A stretch of DNA of 61,580 nucleotides, filler included, from Sandaracinaceae bacterium (GCA_947483975.1; 19 parts of 19 records of this genome joined end to end with filler, not necessarily neighbours in it); one strand, 5' to 3'. Counted from the whole stretch's first letter, positions 1-11,550 are shown. The notes: generated by a model not told the origin, from the letters alone. Program-made: numbers and translations.

Positions 1-800
1 GGGACCTCGTTCGGGCGCACCGACGCGGGGACTCCCTGCGCCGGAGTCACGCCGACGCGCGCGGCTTCCCGGGCGGCGAGCTTCTCGCCCTCGGCGAGCT
101 CGCGCAGCGTGCCCTGCGTGACCTCGGTCAGCGAGAGGTAGTCGTCGTACGCCTCGCGCGTCTTCTTCTTGTTGAGCGTCTCGTAGGCTTCCGTCAGGCG
201 CCTGAAGATGACCTCCATCTTCTGCTTGTAGGTGCCGAGGCGCTTCCGGAACATCGTGTCCGGATGGAAGATCTTGGAGAGCTGGAAGTACGCGTCGCGC
301 ACCTCCTTCTTGTCGGCGTCGGGGGCGACCTCGAGCAGCTGGTAATAGTTGGTCGTGTCGAGGTGATAGAAGGTGTCGAGGATCTGCCGACGGCGCTCGC
401 GCTCGAGGTCCACGTCCTCTTCGAGCTCGCTGGGATCGTAGAGCGCGCGCAGCACGTTCGCCGGCGCCGGGTTGGTCCGCATCGTCCGCAGGGGGGTCGG
501 CTGCGACTCGCGCTCGGGCGGCTTCGAGCGAGCCGGGTTGCGCTCCGCGGCGGGCGCGCGCGGCGGGCGAACGGAGACGGGGCGGGCGTCCCTCCAGGCG
601 ACAGCGTTCAGCGAGACCAGCCGGACGACGATGTCCGTCACGGCCTCCGTGCCGAGCCCGGTCATCTCGCCGAGCTCCGTCAGCGTGAGCTCGCCATCGA
701 TGCGCGAGAGCAAGAAGCCTTCGAGCGCGCCGAGCGGCAGTCCGCGCACGTCCACCTCAGGGACCAGCATTGGAACGCGCAGAGGGGACTCAGTGGCCAT
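1..800 (-). CDS. J-domain (DnaJ-domain) protein, 3'-partial at window edge
   Basis: Read manually on the minus strand from ATG at 800 (MATESPLRVPML...). Contains NYYQLLEV...YFQLSKIFHPD...FRRLTEAYETL...R.AYD, a J-domain with the HPD motif. Confidence 0.8.
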   Translation of the reverse strand, partial: MATESPLRVPMLVPEVDVRGLPLGALEGFLLSRIDGELTLTELGEMTGLGTEAVTDIVVRLVSLNAVAWRDARPVSVRPPRAPAAERNPARSKPPERESQPTPLRTMRTNPAPANVLRALYDPSELEEDVDLERERRRQILDTFYHLDTTNYYQLLEVAPDADKKEVRDAYFQLSKIFHPDTMFRKRLGTYKQKMEVIFRRLTEAYETLNKKKTREAYDDYLSLTEVTQGTLRELAEGEKLAAREAARVGVTPAQGVPASVRPNEV

Positions 801-817
801 TCGTCGGGCGCGCAATC

Positions 818-1740
<923 letters not shown>

Positions 1741-1744
<4 letters not shown>

Positions 1745-2985
1745 GCGCGCACCCGCGGCGGGTCGCAGAGCACGCCGCGCACGAGGTCGAGCCCCTCGTC
1801 GAGCTCAGCGCGCGTCACGAGCAGGGAGGGCGAGAAGCGGAGCACATCGCCGCCCGCGATCGAGAGGAGCACGCCCGCCTCGCGGATCTTGGCGAGGGTC
1901 GCGAGCGGGTCGACGCCGGGCGCGAGGCGCAAGCCGCGCAGGAGGCCTTTGCCGCGCGCCTCGGATACCGCGGGGAGCGTCTCGTCGGCGGCCATCGCCG
2001 CGAGCCGCTCGCCGAGATAGGCGCCGTCGCGCGCGACCTTCTCGACGACGCCCTCCGCGTCGAAGACCTCGAGCAGGGCGAGCGCGGCGGCGCACACCAC
2101 CGAGTTTCCGCCGAAGGTCGTCCCGTGCGAGCCCGGCGGCAGGCCATCGGCGACCTTCGCCGTGACGAGCATCGCGCCGAGCGGGAAGCCGCCGGCGATC
2201 CCCTTCGCGAGCGTCGTCGCGTCGGGCCAGACGCCGCTCTGCTCCCGGCAGAGGAATGTCCCCGTGCGCGCGTAGCCCGTCTGGATCTCGTCGAAGAGCA
2301 GCAGCGCGCCGCGCTCGTCGCAGAGCGCGCGCACCGCGCGCAGGTACTCGTCGCTCGCGACGAAGATGCCGCCCTCGGCCTGGATCGGCTCGAGGATCAC
2401 CGCCGCGGTGCGCGGTCCGACGACCTCGCGCATCGCCTCGATGCTGCCGTAGTCGACGAAGCGCACGCCGCCCATCAGCGGCTCCATCCCGAGGTGATAC
2501 TTCGGCTGCCCCGTCACGCTGAGCGCGCCCATCGTGCGCCCGTGGAAGCTGTGGTTCGTCGCGACGAGCTCGACGCGCTCGCGGTCGCCATGCTCGTAGT
2601 GCCAGCGGCGCCCGAGCTTGAGCATCGCCTCGTTCGCCTCGGTGCCGCTGTTGCAGAAGAACACCTTGTCGAAGCCGGTGCGCCGCGTCAGCTCGTCCGC
2701 GAGCAGGATCGACTGCTCGTTGTAGAAGAGGTTCGAGGTGTGCACGAGGCGCAGCGCCTGCGCCGCGACGGCTGCGGCGAGCGCCGGATGCGCGTGCCCG
2801 AGGGCGCCGACGGCGATGCCCGCCGCGAGGTCGAGATAGCGCCGCCCGTCGGCGTCCTCGACGCGGCTACCCTCGCCGCGCACGAGCACGAACGGAGGCT
2901 GTTTGTAGTTCGCGAACAGCGAGCGCTTGGCCAGCGCGACCAGCTGCTCGTTCGACTTGCCGTGCTCTCCAAGCGAGTGCCCCAT
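1741..2985 (-). CDS. argD: acetylornithine aminotransferase (class III PLP aminotransferase)
   Basis: [35 protein letters not shown] and HGTTFGGN motifs; operonic with argF. Start placed at MGHSLGE. Confidence 0.92.
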
Positions 2986-3400
2986 GGGCGCCTTGTAGCA
3001 CGCGCGGCTGCCCATGAGCGCAGTCCGCGCGGGTGCGCGGCTCAGTCTCGAAGTGCGAGCGTCGGCGCGCCGCAACGCACCCCGTCTACCCCGGCAGCGC
3101 CCGCCCCGGCGTAGCCGAAGAGCCCGCGCGCGACCTCGAGCAGCGGGCAGACGTACGCGGCCGCCGGCAGCGCGCCTCCCGGGCCGATCGAGTCGGTCGG
3201 CAGCGCGCGCAAGAGCGCATAGCCGTCGGCCGCGCGCACGATGGACGCCGCCGCGCAGCCGAGCACGAGGCCCGGGCCGATGGACGCGACCAGCGCCCCC
3301 NNNNNNNNNNNNNNNNNNNNNNNNNNNNNNNNNNNNNNNNNNNNTTAATTAATTAANNNNNNNNNNNNNNNNNNNNNNNNNNNNNNNNNNNNNNNNNNNN

Positions 3401-3544
3401 CGCGAGCTGCCCGACGAGCAGCGTGTTCGTCGCCCGAAGTTCGACAAGCTGGGCACTCTGCGCCTGGCTCATGGTCGCGAGGCCGGCGAGTTGCTCGCGA
3501 AGCGCAGCGTTCTCCCGCTGAAGTGCAGCCACGTCGACGAGCAC
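3401..3544 (-). CDS. tnpC: IS66 transposase TnpC, N-terminal fragment (cut by contig edge)
   Basis: Leucine-zipper-like N-terminus (ALQRENAALREQLA...) directly downstream of IS66 tnpB. Confidence 0.7.
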
Positions 3545-3583
3545 TCGGCGACGAGATCACGCCGCGCACGTGATGTCGATCCC

Positions 3584-3946
3584 CTACCGCCCAGCGCTCG
3601 TCGAAGTGCGCCGATACCACCCGCGACGGGCGGCCGTGAAATCGATCCCCGCCAGCAGCGAGGCGAAGGTCGCGCCGTCGATCTGCACCCGATTTTCCTC
3701 GGTCGAGAGCGCCGGCAGCTGGAAGCTCCCCGCCTCGAGCCGCTTCGCCAGTACGCACCAACCGGAGCCGTCGAACCAAAGGGCCTTCGCGATCCGTCGC
3801 CGCTTGTTGAGGAAGAAGTAGAGGTGCCCGTCGACCGGGTCGAGCCCGAGGCGTCGGACCGCGCCTGCGAGGGCATCGAAGCTGCCTCGCATGTCGACCG
3901 GTTCGACGACGACGAACACCCGCACCGTCGGCGGAAGGCTCAGCAC
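3584..3946 (-). CDS. tnpB: IS66 accessory protein TnpB (Orf2)
   Basis: PVDMRGSFDAL...YFFLNKRR..KALWFDGSG...KRLEAGSF...LLAGID signature; GTG start overlaps the tnpA stop (GTGCTGA). Confidence 0.92.
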   Translation of the reverse strand: MLSLPPTVRVFVVVEPVDMRGSFDALAGAVRRLGLDPVDGHLYFFLNKRRRIAKALWFDGSGWCVLAKRLEAGSFQLPALSTEENRVQIDGATFASLLAGIDFTAARRGWYRRTSTSAGR

Positions 3947-4260
3947 GCGCCGAGCACCCGCACGAGCCGGGCGAGCGTCGCCTCGTCGAAGTCGTCGCCG
4001 ACCTCGATCGCGAACTCGCCCACGCGCACCAGGTACCGCGCCGCGGATCGCGAGTCCGGCGCGGGCACGAGCTCGACGAGCCGTGGCGACTGCTCCGTGA
4101 CCTGCCCGCGGCGCGCGAGATTCCGCTCCCACGCGTGGAGCGAACGCCCATCGATGCCGTGAGCCCGGGCCCACTCGCCGCGCGCCAACCCCGACGACTT
4201 CAACGCCTTCAGGCACGCCCGAGCATCCCGTGCATCCGTGATCTTCCGCCCTGCCGACAT
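3940..4260 (-). CDS. tnpA: IS66 accessory protein TnpA (HTH)
   Basis: SGLARGEWARAHGI..SLHAW...LVELVP...FDEATLARLVRVL; first gene in the tnpA-tnpB-tnpC order. Confidence 0.8.
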   Translation of the reverse strand: MSAGRKITDARDARACLKALKSSGLARGEWARAHGIDGRSLHAWERNLARRGQVTEQSPRLVELVPAPDSRSAARYLVRVGEFAIEVGDDFDEATLARLVRVLGAC

Positions 4261-4302
4261 CGACCCGCACCTCCATCTCGGAGGCTGCGCGCGTCGGCAG
4301 CT

Positions 4303-6662
4303 TCACGCCTCCCGGCGTCGTTGATGGGTCACCATCGAACGAACGAGGCCCGCGTAAGCGGGCGGCGTCTGCTGAGCGACCAGCGCATGCCGATGAAGCG
4401 AATGCGCGAGTACCTCAGGCCAGTCGTGCCCCTCGCCGTGAAGGTCGAGCACCGGATGCCAGAGCAGCTCGGGTAGCTCGTCGCCGCGCAGCTGAAGGAC
4501 CGCGGCCCCAACACGCTCCAGCACCCAGCGCTCGTCGTCTTGAGGGTATTGGTGGTCTCGACGGTTTAGGTCAGTCCCCGGACGCGCCACGACGACACCG
4601 AGCGCTGACCGCCAGAACCGAGTGACCTCCTCACGCTCGCGCTCATCTTGCGCGTCGTCCGGAAGGGGTAGCCATTCGTGCGAGCAACGGACGACGTGGA
4701 AGTCCAGTCTTGGGTGTCCTGGCCAACGGCGGCGCACGCCGTCAAGGTCGCTGAAGCGGCTTGCATCATCGCACTCTGCCCAGTCGCGGGGCACTCCAGG
4801 CAGCGCTGCGGACACGAAGGCAGCAAGCCTCTCCTCGACCCAATCCGCCAAGCTCTGACGCACTCGATTGAGAACCTCATCGTCGAGCTGGAGAGCCTCG
4901 CGAGGGGCGCGCCGCAGCAGATCGACTCGATCTCGCACGTACGCCCATTCGAGTGCTAGTCGGCGTAGCCGCCCGAAGTCCTCGCCAAGCATCCGACGCG
5001 ACTCCGCACATCTCGCGAACAGCATCTTGGCTGCCGCGTACCGCTGGGAGAGCGCCGCCTCAGCGACCACTCGACGCCACTCTGCGTTGCGCGGGTCTTT
5101 CGCCCAGAGCATGGCCGCCGCCTCAGCAGCGAAGCACTCGAACGTCCAAGTCGAAATGCTGTCGTCGCTGTCGAGCCCATGCCGTTCCGGCGGCTCGTTC
5201 AAGACTGCGCGGAGCGCGTCCACGAGTTCGGGCCGCCGAGACTCATCGCGGTCACACCACTCGGCATGCCACAGGAACATCGCCACCCCACCGGCGATGG
5301 CGTTGGCGTACTCGTCTCCAAGCCGCTGCTCCCCATTTGGCAGCTCGGTTCCTGCCGCGGCGAGCGTGCGAATGCGCCCCCACTGTTCCCAGAGCTCGGC
5401 AAGCCGGGTGTCGTCCAGGTGCTGTCGGTCGTCCAAGATGGTTCGACAGCGCATGGGGAAGGTGGTCACCACCATGTGGTCGTCCATTGCCCTGCGCTCG
5501 TCTGCGCGAGCCTCCTGAACTTGGAGCGCCGCGACGTTGACGAGCACTGTGCCGTGCTCTGGATCCTCTCGCACCTCGTAGTTCTTGATCTCCAACGAGA
5601 TCGCTAGCTGCTGCGTCAGCTCGGCAATGCGGCCGCCCAATTGAGGTGCAGCACTCCACGTCGTCCGCACGCGGTCGAAGTACTCCCGCATTGCCGGACG
5701 CTGGAGCATCAGCGAGATCGCCACGTTCCTCAGATCGATCTTTCGGTGCTCGAGGCTGTGAAACTGCCGTGCGAGCTTGATGAACCACTCGCCTTTGTCG
5801 AACGCCCCAATCATCAAGTGGGTTCGACCGTGCACTAGCTTCGTGATCTCCCACGCGTAGAGTTCCGGCGCCGAGAGCAACGACTGCAGGGGTCCTTCGA
5901 AGAGCGTCCGCTGACGCTTGCCGATGTCGCACAGCACCCCGAGGAGGGCCACGCTCTCGCACCGCGCGAGGACCGCAGCGATCTCGCCAGCGATGTCCTT
6001 CCCGTCATCGAGGCGCTGGTAGAAGTACTGCTCCAGTGCCATGAGCGCGGACTCGACTGCGTCTGGTGGGTTTCCCAGGCCTGCACTCCATCCGTACACA
6101 CGTTCGTCGCCTGAGAAGGCTCGCGTCTGATCGCCATCGATCAGGACCACCTGCCGGGACAGCGCCTCATCCAGAAGCTGATCGACCTGTGCCTCTGGCT
6201 GTCCCCCGGCGATAGCACGCGCCCGCCACGCACTTGCTTCCCGCCGCGCATCGTCTCGCTCCCGCGCTGCCGCGAACTCAACAAGACGCGCGACCACCTC
6301 GAGCCCCTCAGCGAAGTTTTCGCGGAGACATCCCAGGAACGGGCCCTGCGTGTAGAGCGACGGCAGCCACTTGTGCCGGTTTACGATCCCAAGCTCCCTG
6401 CGATCCATCCAGTGGTCGTTCCAGTCTTCCTCGACGGGCTCCTGGATTAGGTTTGCAAGCACGACCTCCCGCGCTGCAGCGGGTCGCGCTCGGTACAAGT
6501 CCATCACCGCCGCACCGTCGAGCAACACGTTTTGCAGCGCCTCGTCGACGCGGGCTCGCGGGCCATCGGGCCATGGCCCACGCATGACGCCGGTTCCGCC
6601 GAAGATCCCCCTGCGACGCCGGGGCGGTGGCGTCGCAGGGGCCGCCCCCGGTACTGCTGCCA
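4303..6662 (-). CDS. large helical protein fragment, possibly the C-terminal region of an Avs/STAND NTPase; 5'-partial and probably 3'-truncated by IS66
   Basis: At least 760-aa ORF, apparently open to the contig edge, less GC-biased than neighbouring contigs. Motifs QGPFL..L, VYGW..G....ESALMALEQYF and ALLGVLCDIG. No NTPase domain is visible in this fragment. Confidence 0.5.
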
Positions 6663-6762
6663 NNNNNNNNNNNNNNNNNNNNNNNNNNNNNNNNNNNNNN
6701 NNNNNNTTAATTAATTAANNNNNNNNNNNNNNNNNNNNNNNNNNNNNNNNNNNNNNNNNNNN

Positions 6763-7489
6763 GCTCGTCGTCGAGACGCTCGCGCTGCTCGTCGACTGCG
6801 CGGACGCCGACTCTCCGCGCGCGGCGCTCACCGCGCTCGGCGTGCAGGACGCCGACGAGGTCGCCACGCGCCTGATCGACTACGCGGGGCGCGCGCCGGT
6901 GCTCGACGCCGACTTCTCCGGTGTCGACGAGGGCGCCTACGCGCGGCTGCGTGACGCGACCACGGACGCGCTGCGCGGTGCGTCCGTGCGGGCAAGCTCC
7001 GCGAAGGCGCTGCGCAGCGTCGCGCTGACGCGGAGCCTCGCGGCGCTCGCCTTCGGGCTGATCGCGTTCCTCGTGCTCGCGCTGTTCATGCTGCCGCGCC
7101 CGCGAATCCTCGTGGAACCGTCGGCGTTCCACGGCCCCGCGTACGTCGCCGCCAACGTGCGCGACGGCGACCCGGAGACGGCTTGGCTCCTGCCCGATGG
7201 GCTCACGGGCCACCTCGATCTGCGCCTCTCGCCCGCGCGCGACGTGCACTCGGTCACGCTGCTCAACGCGCACAACGCGCCGTTCAACGACCGCGGGACG
7301 AAGGGCTGGGCGCTCGAGCTCTGGCGCGGCGCGCAGAAGGTCGCCGTGCGCGAGGGCGAGTGGGCGTTCACCCCGACGCCGCTGCCGACGGTGCTCGACC
7401 TCGCCGCGGACGACGTCGACCGCATCCGCTTCGTCGTCAAGAGCCACCACCACCTCGGCGCGGGCCTCGCCGAGATCACGTTCCGCTGA
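6763..7489 (+). CDS. membrane-anchored discoidin/F5-8 type C-like (galactose-binding fold) protein, 5'-partial
   Basis: TM helix followed by AANVRDGDPETAW...LDLRL...VHSVTLLN...GLAEITF. Confidence 0.65.
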
Positions 7490-7567
7490 GCGCGCCCGCT
7501 GTCGTCGCTGCTGCCGTTTGGCCGCAGTCAGCGACCGCGGCCAGTGGCCGCAATCACTTCGCGGAAG

Positions 7568-9556
7568 TCACTTCGCCGCGGTCAGTTGCACGAGGTAGAC
7601 CGGCCCGCGCGTCACCTCGAGCACGACCTCGTTGACCCCGACGCGCACGACCCCGAGGGGCAGCGTGATGCGGGTCGTCAGAAAGCCGCTCGGCGTCGCG
7701 TCGTAGCTGCCGACGTCGACGCCGTTCCAGAGCACGCGGATGCGCGCCGTCGTCGACGCCGGGGCGGCGACTCCCCCGTCGGGAGCGGGCGCGCGGAGAC
7801 CCGCGTTTGGCGCCTCGCCGTCGAGCGGCGAACCCGGGCGCTGCGGGCGCAGCGACGGCAGGCGCATCGACGGCAGCAACGCGGGCGCGCTGCCCGCCCA
7901 GCGGAGCGTCACCGAGCCGACGTCGTCGGCGAAGAACGGCAAGAGCAGCCGCGCGCGCGGCGCCGTCGTCGCGCGAGCGAGCACGCCCTGCACCCGCTCG
8001 GCCTCGTCGGCGAAGCCGTCCGCGCAGTACACGTCGCCACGCTCGCCCACGAGGTCCGCGCTCGCCTCGATCGCGCGCACCTCGCGCGTCTGGAATTCCT
8101 CGTAGAACACGCCCATCCCGCGCAGCACATCGAAGCTCGCCGGCGACGTCCGATAGCGCGCCGCGAGCGGCAACGAGCCTGGCAGCGCGAACGGGTTGCC
8201 GACGCGCGGGTAGACCGCGTCGACCAGGATGTCGAAGGTCGTGCGCCAGAACGTCGGCATCGGCGCCTCGCGATACGTCGGCAGCGTGTTGTGCGCGACG
8301 CCCCGCATCGCCGCGCCGTTCCACGCGCCGGCGACCGCGAGCACGCACGCGACGGCGATCCCCGCGAAGCGCCGCGGGCGCCGCTCGGCGTAGGCGAACA
8401 GGCGCTCCAGCGTGATCGCGGTGCCGACGGCGAACGGCAGCGCCATGTCCGTGATGCGCCGCCCGGCGAAGCCGACCGCGCCCCAGTAGTCCCAGACGGC
8501 GGCGTTGACGTACACGCCCGCGGCGACCATCAGCGCGAGCGGCAGCGCGAGCGCGCGGTGCTCGCGCCGCACGACGCCGATCACGAGGCCGACGAACGCG
8601 AGGTAGAGGATCGGCGTCCACGAGAGCAGCCCGTTGCTGCTGCCGAAGAGGAAGCCGTCCACGAAGGGATGCTCCCAGCGCATGTAGAACGGGCCCTGCG
8701 GCACCGCGAGCCACGCGCCGTACGAGCGCTTCCACGCGTACATCTGCGGGAAGAACACCAGCGCGCCGACGAGCACGAAGACCCAGCCGAGCGCGACCAG
8801 GCGCGCCGTGCCGCGCACCCGACGAAAGCGGAGCGCGGGCGCGACGAGCGCGAGCCACTCGCTCAGCGGCGCGAACGCGACCACCGCGTCCTGCGGGCGC
8901 ATCAGCACGACGACGCCGAGCAGCACGCCGAGCATCGTCCAGCGCTTGAGCGTCAGCGACCCGCGCGTCGCGTCCCAGCGCTCGAGAAAGAGCGCGACCG
9001 CGAAGGCGCTCGGCGCGTGCGAATAGCTCGGCAGGATCGCGGCGTAGTACGGCAGCGCCGTCGCGAGCCCGATCGCGAGCGCGCCGAGCAGCGCGGGCCC
9101 CTCGCCGACGCGCCGCCGCGCGACGATGAACGCGAGCACCACGGTCAGCCAGCCTGCGAGGCAGGTCACGCCCATCGCGACCTCGGCCTTCGCGCCGAAG
9201 CACGCGTGCTCCGCGCCACCGACCCCGAGCGCGCGCGCGAGCAGCAGCGCCGGCGTCCACAAGAGCGCGGGGCCGACGGGCCAGGTGTTCTGCGGGCGCA
9301 GCCCGGGCTCCTTCGGCGGCGCGAGGTGCCACTGATCGCCGCAGAGCGCGTAGTCGTTCGTCAGGTCGAGGTCCCCGTCGTACGCGAGCGAGCGCGCCCA
9401 CATATAGGTGTACTGCCCGTCGCCCTGCACGTGCGCCATCACGTCCTTCGAGAAGACGACGGCGTAGAGCACGCCCACGGCGACGAGCGCCGCGAGCGCG
9501 AGCGGGCTTGGCCGCCCAACGCGGCGGGTAGGTGTGCCGGACGCGAGTGCGCTCAT
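7568..9556 (-). CDS. multi-TM GT-C-like glycosyltransferase
   Basis: DGQYTY..ARSL.YDGDLDLTND first-loop motif, many TM segments, GLLSWTP and W..W.GA..FAGR motifs, and a C-terminal soluble domain. Confidence 0.6.
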   Translation of the reverse strand: MSALASGTPTRRVGRPSPLALAALVAVGVLYAVVFSKDVMAHVQGDGQYTYMWARSLAYDGDLDLTNDYALCGDQWHLAPPKEPGLRPQNTWPVGPALLWTPALLLARALGVGGAEHACFGAKAEVAMGVTCLAGWLTVVLAFIVARRRVGEGPALLGALAIGLATALPYYAAILPSYSHAPSAFAVALFLERWDATRGSLTLKRWTMLGVLLGVVVLMRPQDAVVAFAPLSEWLALVAPALRFRRVRGTARLVALGWVFVLVGALVFFPQMYAWKRSYGAWLAVPQGPFYMRWEHPFVDGFLFGSSNGLLSWTPILYLAFVGLVIGVVRREHRALALPLALMVAAGVYVNAAVWDYWGAVGFAGRRITDMALPFAVGTAITLERLFAYAERRPRRFAGIAVACVLAVAGAWNGAAMRGVAHNTLPTYREAPMPTFWRTTFDILVDAVYPRVGNPFALPGSLPLAARYRTSPASFDVLRGMGVFYEEFQTREVRAIEASADLVGERGDVYCADGFADEAERVQGVLARATTAPRARLLLPFFADDVGSVTLRWAGSAPALLPSMRLPSLRPQRPGSPLDGEAPNAGLRAPAPDGGVAAPASTTARIRVLWNGVDVGSYDATPSGFLTTRITLPLGVVRVGVNEVVLEVTRGPVYLVQLTAAK

Positions 9557-9562
9557 CAGGAT

Positions 9563-10021
9563 CTACTCGACGGAGATCTCAGCGAGCGCGCCGCCCGAGC
9601 GATGGTGACCCTTGACGAGGAAGCGCACGCGGTCCGCGCCATCGACGCCGATGGGCACGGTGACGGGCTGCGGCGTCGGCACGAGCGTCGCGAAGCGCCC
9701 GCTGACCTTCTTCAGCAGGCGCGCGCCCGCGTAGACCTCGAGCTCGTACGCCGCCGTCGCGCGGTCGTTGAACTCGCGGTTGTGCCCGTTGACGAGCCGC
9801 ACTCGGTCGACGCGCCGCGGGTGCGCGAGGCGCAGCTCGAGCACGCCCTCGGCGTTGTCCGGGAGCAGCCACTCCGTCGCGGTGTCGCCGTCGACCGCGC
9901 GCTCCGGACCGAACATCGGGTCGTTGCCGTAGACGCCCGTCGCCGTCGCGAGCACGTCCGACCCGCCGCGCAGCGCGAACCACGCGCCGACGCCGAGCCC
10001 GGCGAGCGCGACGAGCACCCA
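9563..10021 (-). CDS. membrane-anchored discoidin/F5-8 type C-like protein, 5'-partial
   Basis: TM helix followed by ERAVDGDTATEWLLPD...VRLVNGHN.EFNDR...ALAEISV; a paralog of 6763-7489. Confidence 0.65.
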   Translation of the reverse strand, partial: WVLVALAGLGVGAWFALRGGSDVLATATGVYGNDPMFGPERAVDGDTATEWLLPDNAEGVLELRLAHPRRVDRVRLVNGHNREFNDRATAAYELEVYAGARLLKKVSGRFATLVPTPQPVTVPIGVDGADRVRFLVKGHHRSGGALAEISVE

Positions 10022-10121
10022 NNNNNNNNNNNNNNNNNNNNNNNNNNNNNNNNNNNNNNNNNNNNTTAATTAATTAANNNNNNNNNNNNNNNNNNNNNNN
10101 NNNNNNNNNNNNNNNNNNNNN

Positions 10122-11543
10122 CGGCGCGGCGTCGGGCTGCGCATCGGCGGCGGCAGCGCGCGCAGCTATCACGTCGTGACGAGCGGCCAGGCGGGCAGCC
10201 CCCGCCGCGCCGTCTGCCTCTTGCCGCGCGGCGCAGAGGAGGGCGAGGAGCTCGTGCTCCGCGAGCGCGCGTTCTCGCTGCGCGTCGGCGAGCCGGTGCG
10301 CTTCCACCTCGTGACCTCCACAGCCGAGGCGCACACCTTCCGCGCGGGCGAGCTGCTCGACCTCGAGCCCGACGATCCGACGTTCGCCGAGCTGCCGCCG
10401 ATCGTCGCGGTGCTCGAGGGCGAGGGCCCGGCGGACAAGCGCGAGGTGCCCGTGCGCCTCGCCGCCGCGCTGACGGAGGTCGGCACGCTCGAGCTGAGCT
10501 GCATCGACGAGGGCAGCGGGCGGCGCTGGAAGCTCGAGATGGGGCTCCGCGGCGACGCGACGGATGAGGGCGCGACGCGCGCGATCACGCAGCTCCATCC
10601 GCGCTTTGCGGACGCGACGGCGCGCATCCACTCGTTCTTCGGCAAGAGCGCGCAAGACCTGGCGACCAAGGAGATCAAGACACTCCGTCAAGATCTGGAG
10701 AAGACGCTCGGCGCCCGCGACACCTGGACGACGCCGCTCCTGCGCGAGCTCTTCGGCGCGCTGCTCGCGGGCAGCAAGCGCCGCCGCAGGAGCGCCGATC
10801 ACGAGCGCCTCTGGTTCAACCTGACCGGCTACTGCCTGCGCCCCGGCTACGGCTATCCCCTCGACGACTGGCGCACGAAGCAGCTCTGGGCGCTCTTCGA
10901 GGAGGGCGTGCAGTTCGCGCCCGAGGCGCAGGTCTGGGCAGAGTGGTGGACGCTCTGGCGCCGCATCGCTGGCGGTCTCGACGAGGACGCGCAGACGCGC
11001 ATCGTCGAGCAGCTCGCGTTTTACCTGATGCCGCCGTCGCCCCGCCCACGCCCGCGCCCGAAGGGCCCGAAGATGCTCGGGCACGACGACATGGTGCGCC
11101 TCGCCGGCTCGCTCGAGCGGCTGTCCCCCGCGAAGAAGGCGGAGGTCGGCGGCTGGCTCGTCGAGCGCCTCGTCAAGCACGACGAGCCGAAGCAGACGTG
11201 GTGGGCGGTCGGGCGCCTCGGCGCGCGCGTGCCCTTCTACGGCAGCGCCCATCAGGTGCTGCCGCGCGACACCGCGACGATGTGGCTCGCGCTCGCGCTG
11301 CGGCAAGACTGGGCGAAGATCGACACCGCGATGTTCGCCGCCGCGCAGCTCGCGCGCGCCTCGGGCGACCGCGAGCGCGACCTGCCCGAGCAGCTCCGCT
11401 TCGAGGTCGCCGCGCGCCTCGAGAAGCACGGCGCCGCTGCCGCCTGGCCCGGGATGGTGCGCGAGCCGACGGTGCTCGCCGAGGCCGAAGAGCGCCGCGT
11501 GTTCGGCGAGTCCCTCCCGCCCGGCCTCTTGCTCGTCGAGTAG
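10122..11543 (+). CDS. Hsp70-family protein with DUF3731-like C-terminal domain, 5'-partial
   Basis: LTEVGTLEL.C, RRRSADHERLWFNLTGYCLRPGYG.PLDDWR and VFGESLPPGL are typical of this atypical Hsp70 C-terminus. Confidence 0.75.
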   Translation, partial: RRGVGLRIGGGSARSYHVVTSGQAGSPRRAVCLLPRGAEEGEELVLRERAFSLRVGEPVRFHLVTSTAEAHTFRAGELLDLEPDDPTFAELPPIVAVLEGEGPADKREVPVRLAAALTEVGTLELSCIDEGSGRRWKLEMGLRGDATDEGATRAITQLHPRFADATARIHSFFGKSAQDLATKEIKTLRQDLEKTLGARDTWTTPLLRELFGALLAGSKRRRRSADHERLWFNLTGYCLRPGYGYPLDDWRTKQLWALFEEGVQFAPEAQVWAEWWTLWRRIAGGLDEDAQTRIVEQLAFYLMPPSPRPRPRPKGPKMLGHDDMVRLAGSLERLSPAKKAEVGGWLVERLVKHDEPKQTWWAVGRLGARVPFYGSAHQVLPRDTATMWLALALRQDWAKIDTAMFAAAQLARASGDRERDLPEQLRFEVAARLEKHGAAAAWPGMVREPTVLAEAEERRVFGESLPPGLLLVE

Positions 11544-11550
11544 CAACGAA

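Larger units (their letters stand above)
3401..4344 (-). mobile_element. IS66-family insertion sequence, left part
   Basis: tnpA-tnpB-tnpC' module. The outer boundary is approximate because no canonical GTAA terminus is seen in the expected orientation. Confidence 0.8.

Noticed and set aside
3042..3300. Short minus-strand ORF fragment upstream of argD
   Set aside because: Cut by the contig edge, with no recognisable motif and an uncertain frame.
3301..3400. N-run + TTAATTAATTAA + N-run recurring every ~3.2 kb (18 times)
   Set aside because: Artificial contig linker with stops in all six frames. It is not a biological repeat, and ORF tails ending XXX-LIN are artefacts.
3584..3946. TnpB as an RNA-guided nuclease
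   Set aside because: This is the 120-aa IS66 accessory TnpB, unrelated to IS200/IS605 TnpB; no RuvC motifs.
7544..10069. Very long Arg/Ala-rich ORFs (also 36185-38950, 23657-25765, 59364-61484 and others)
   Set aside because: Antisense or off-frame shadows of real genes, expected in very high-GC DNA.
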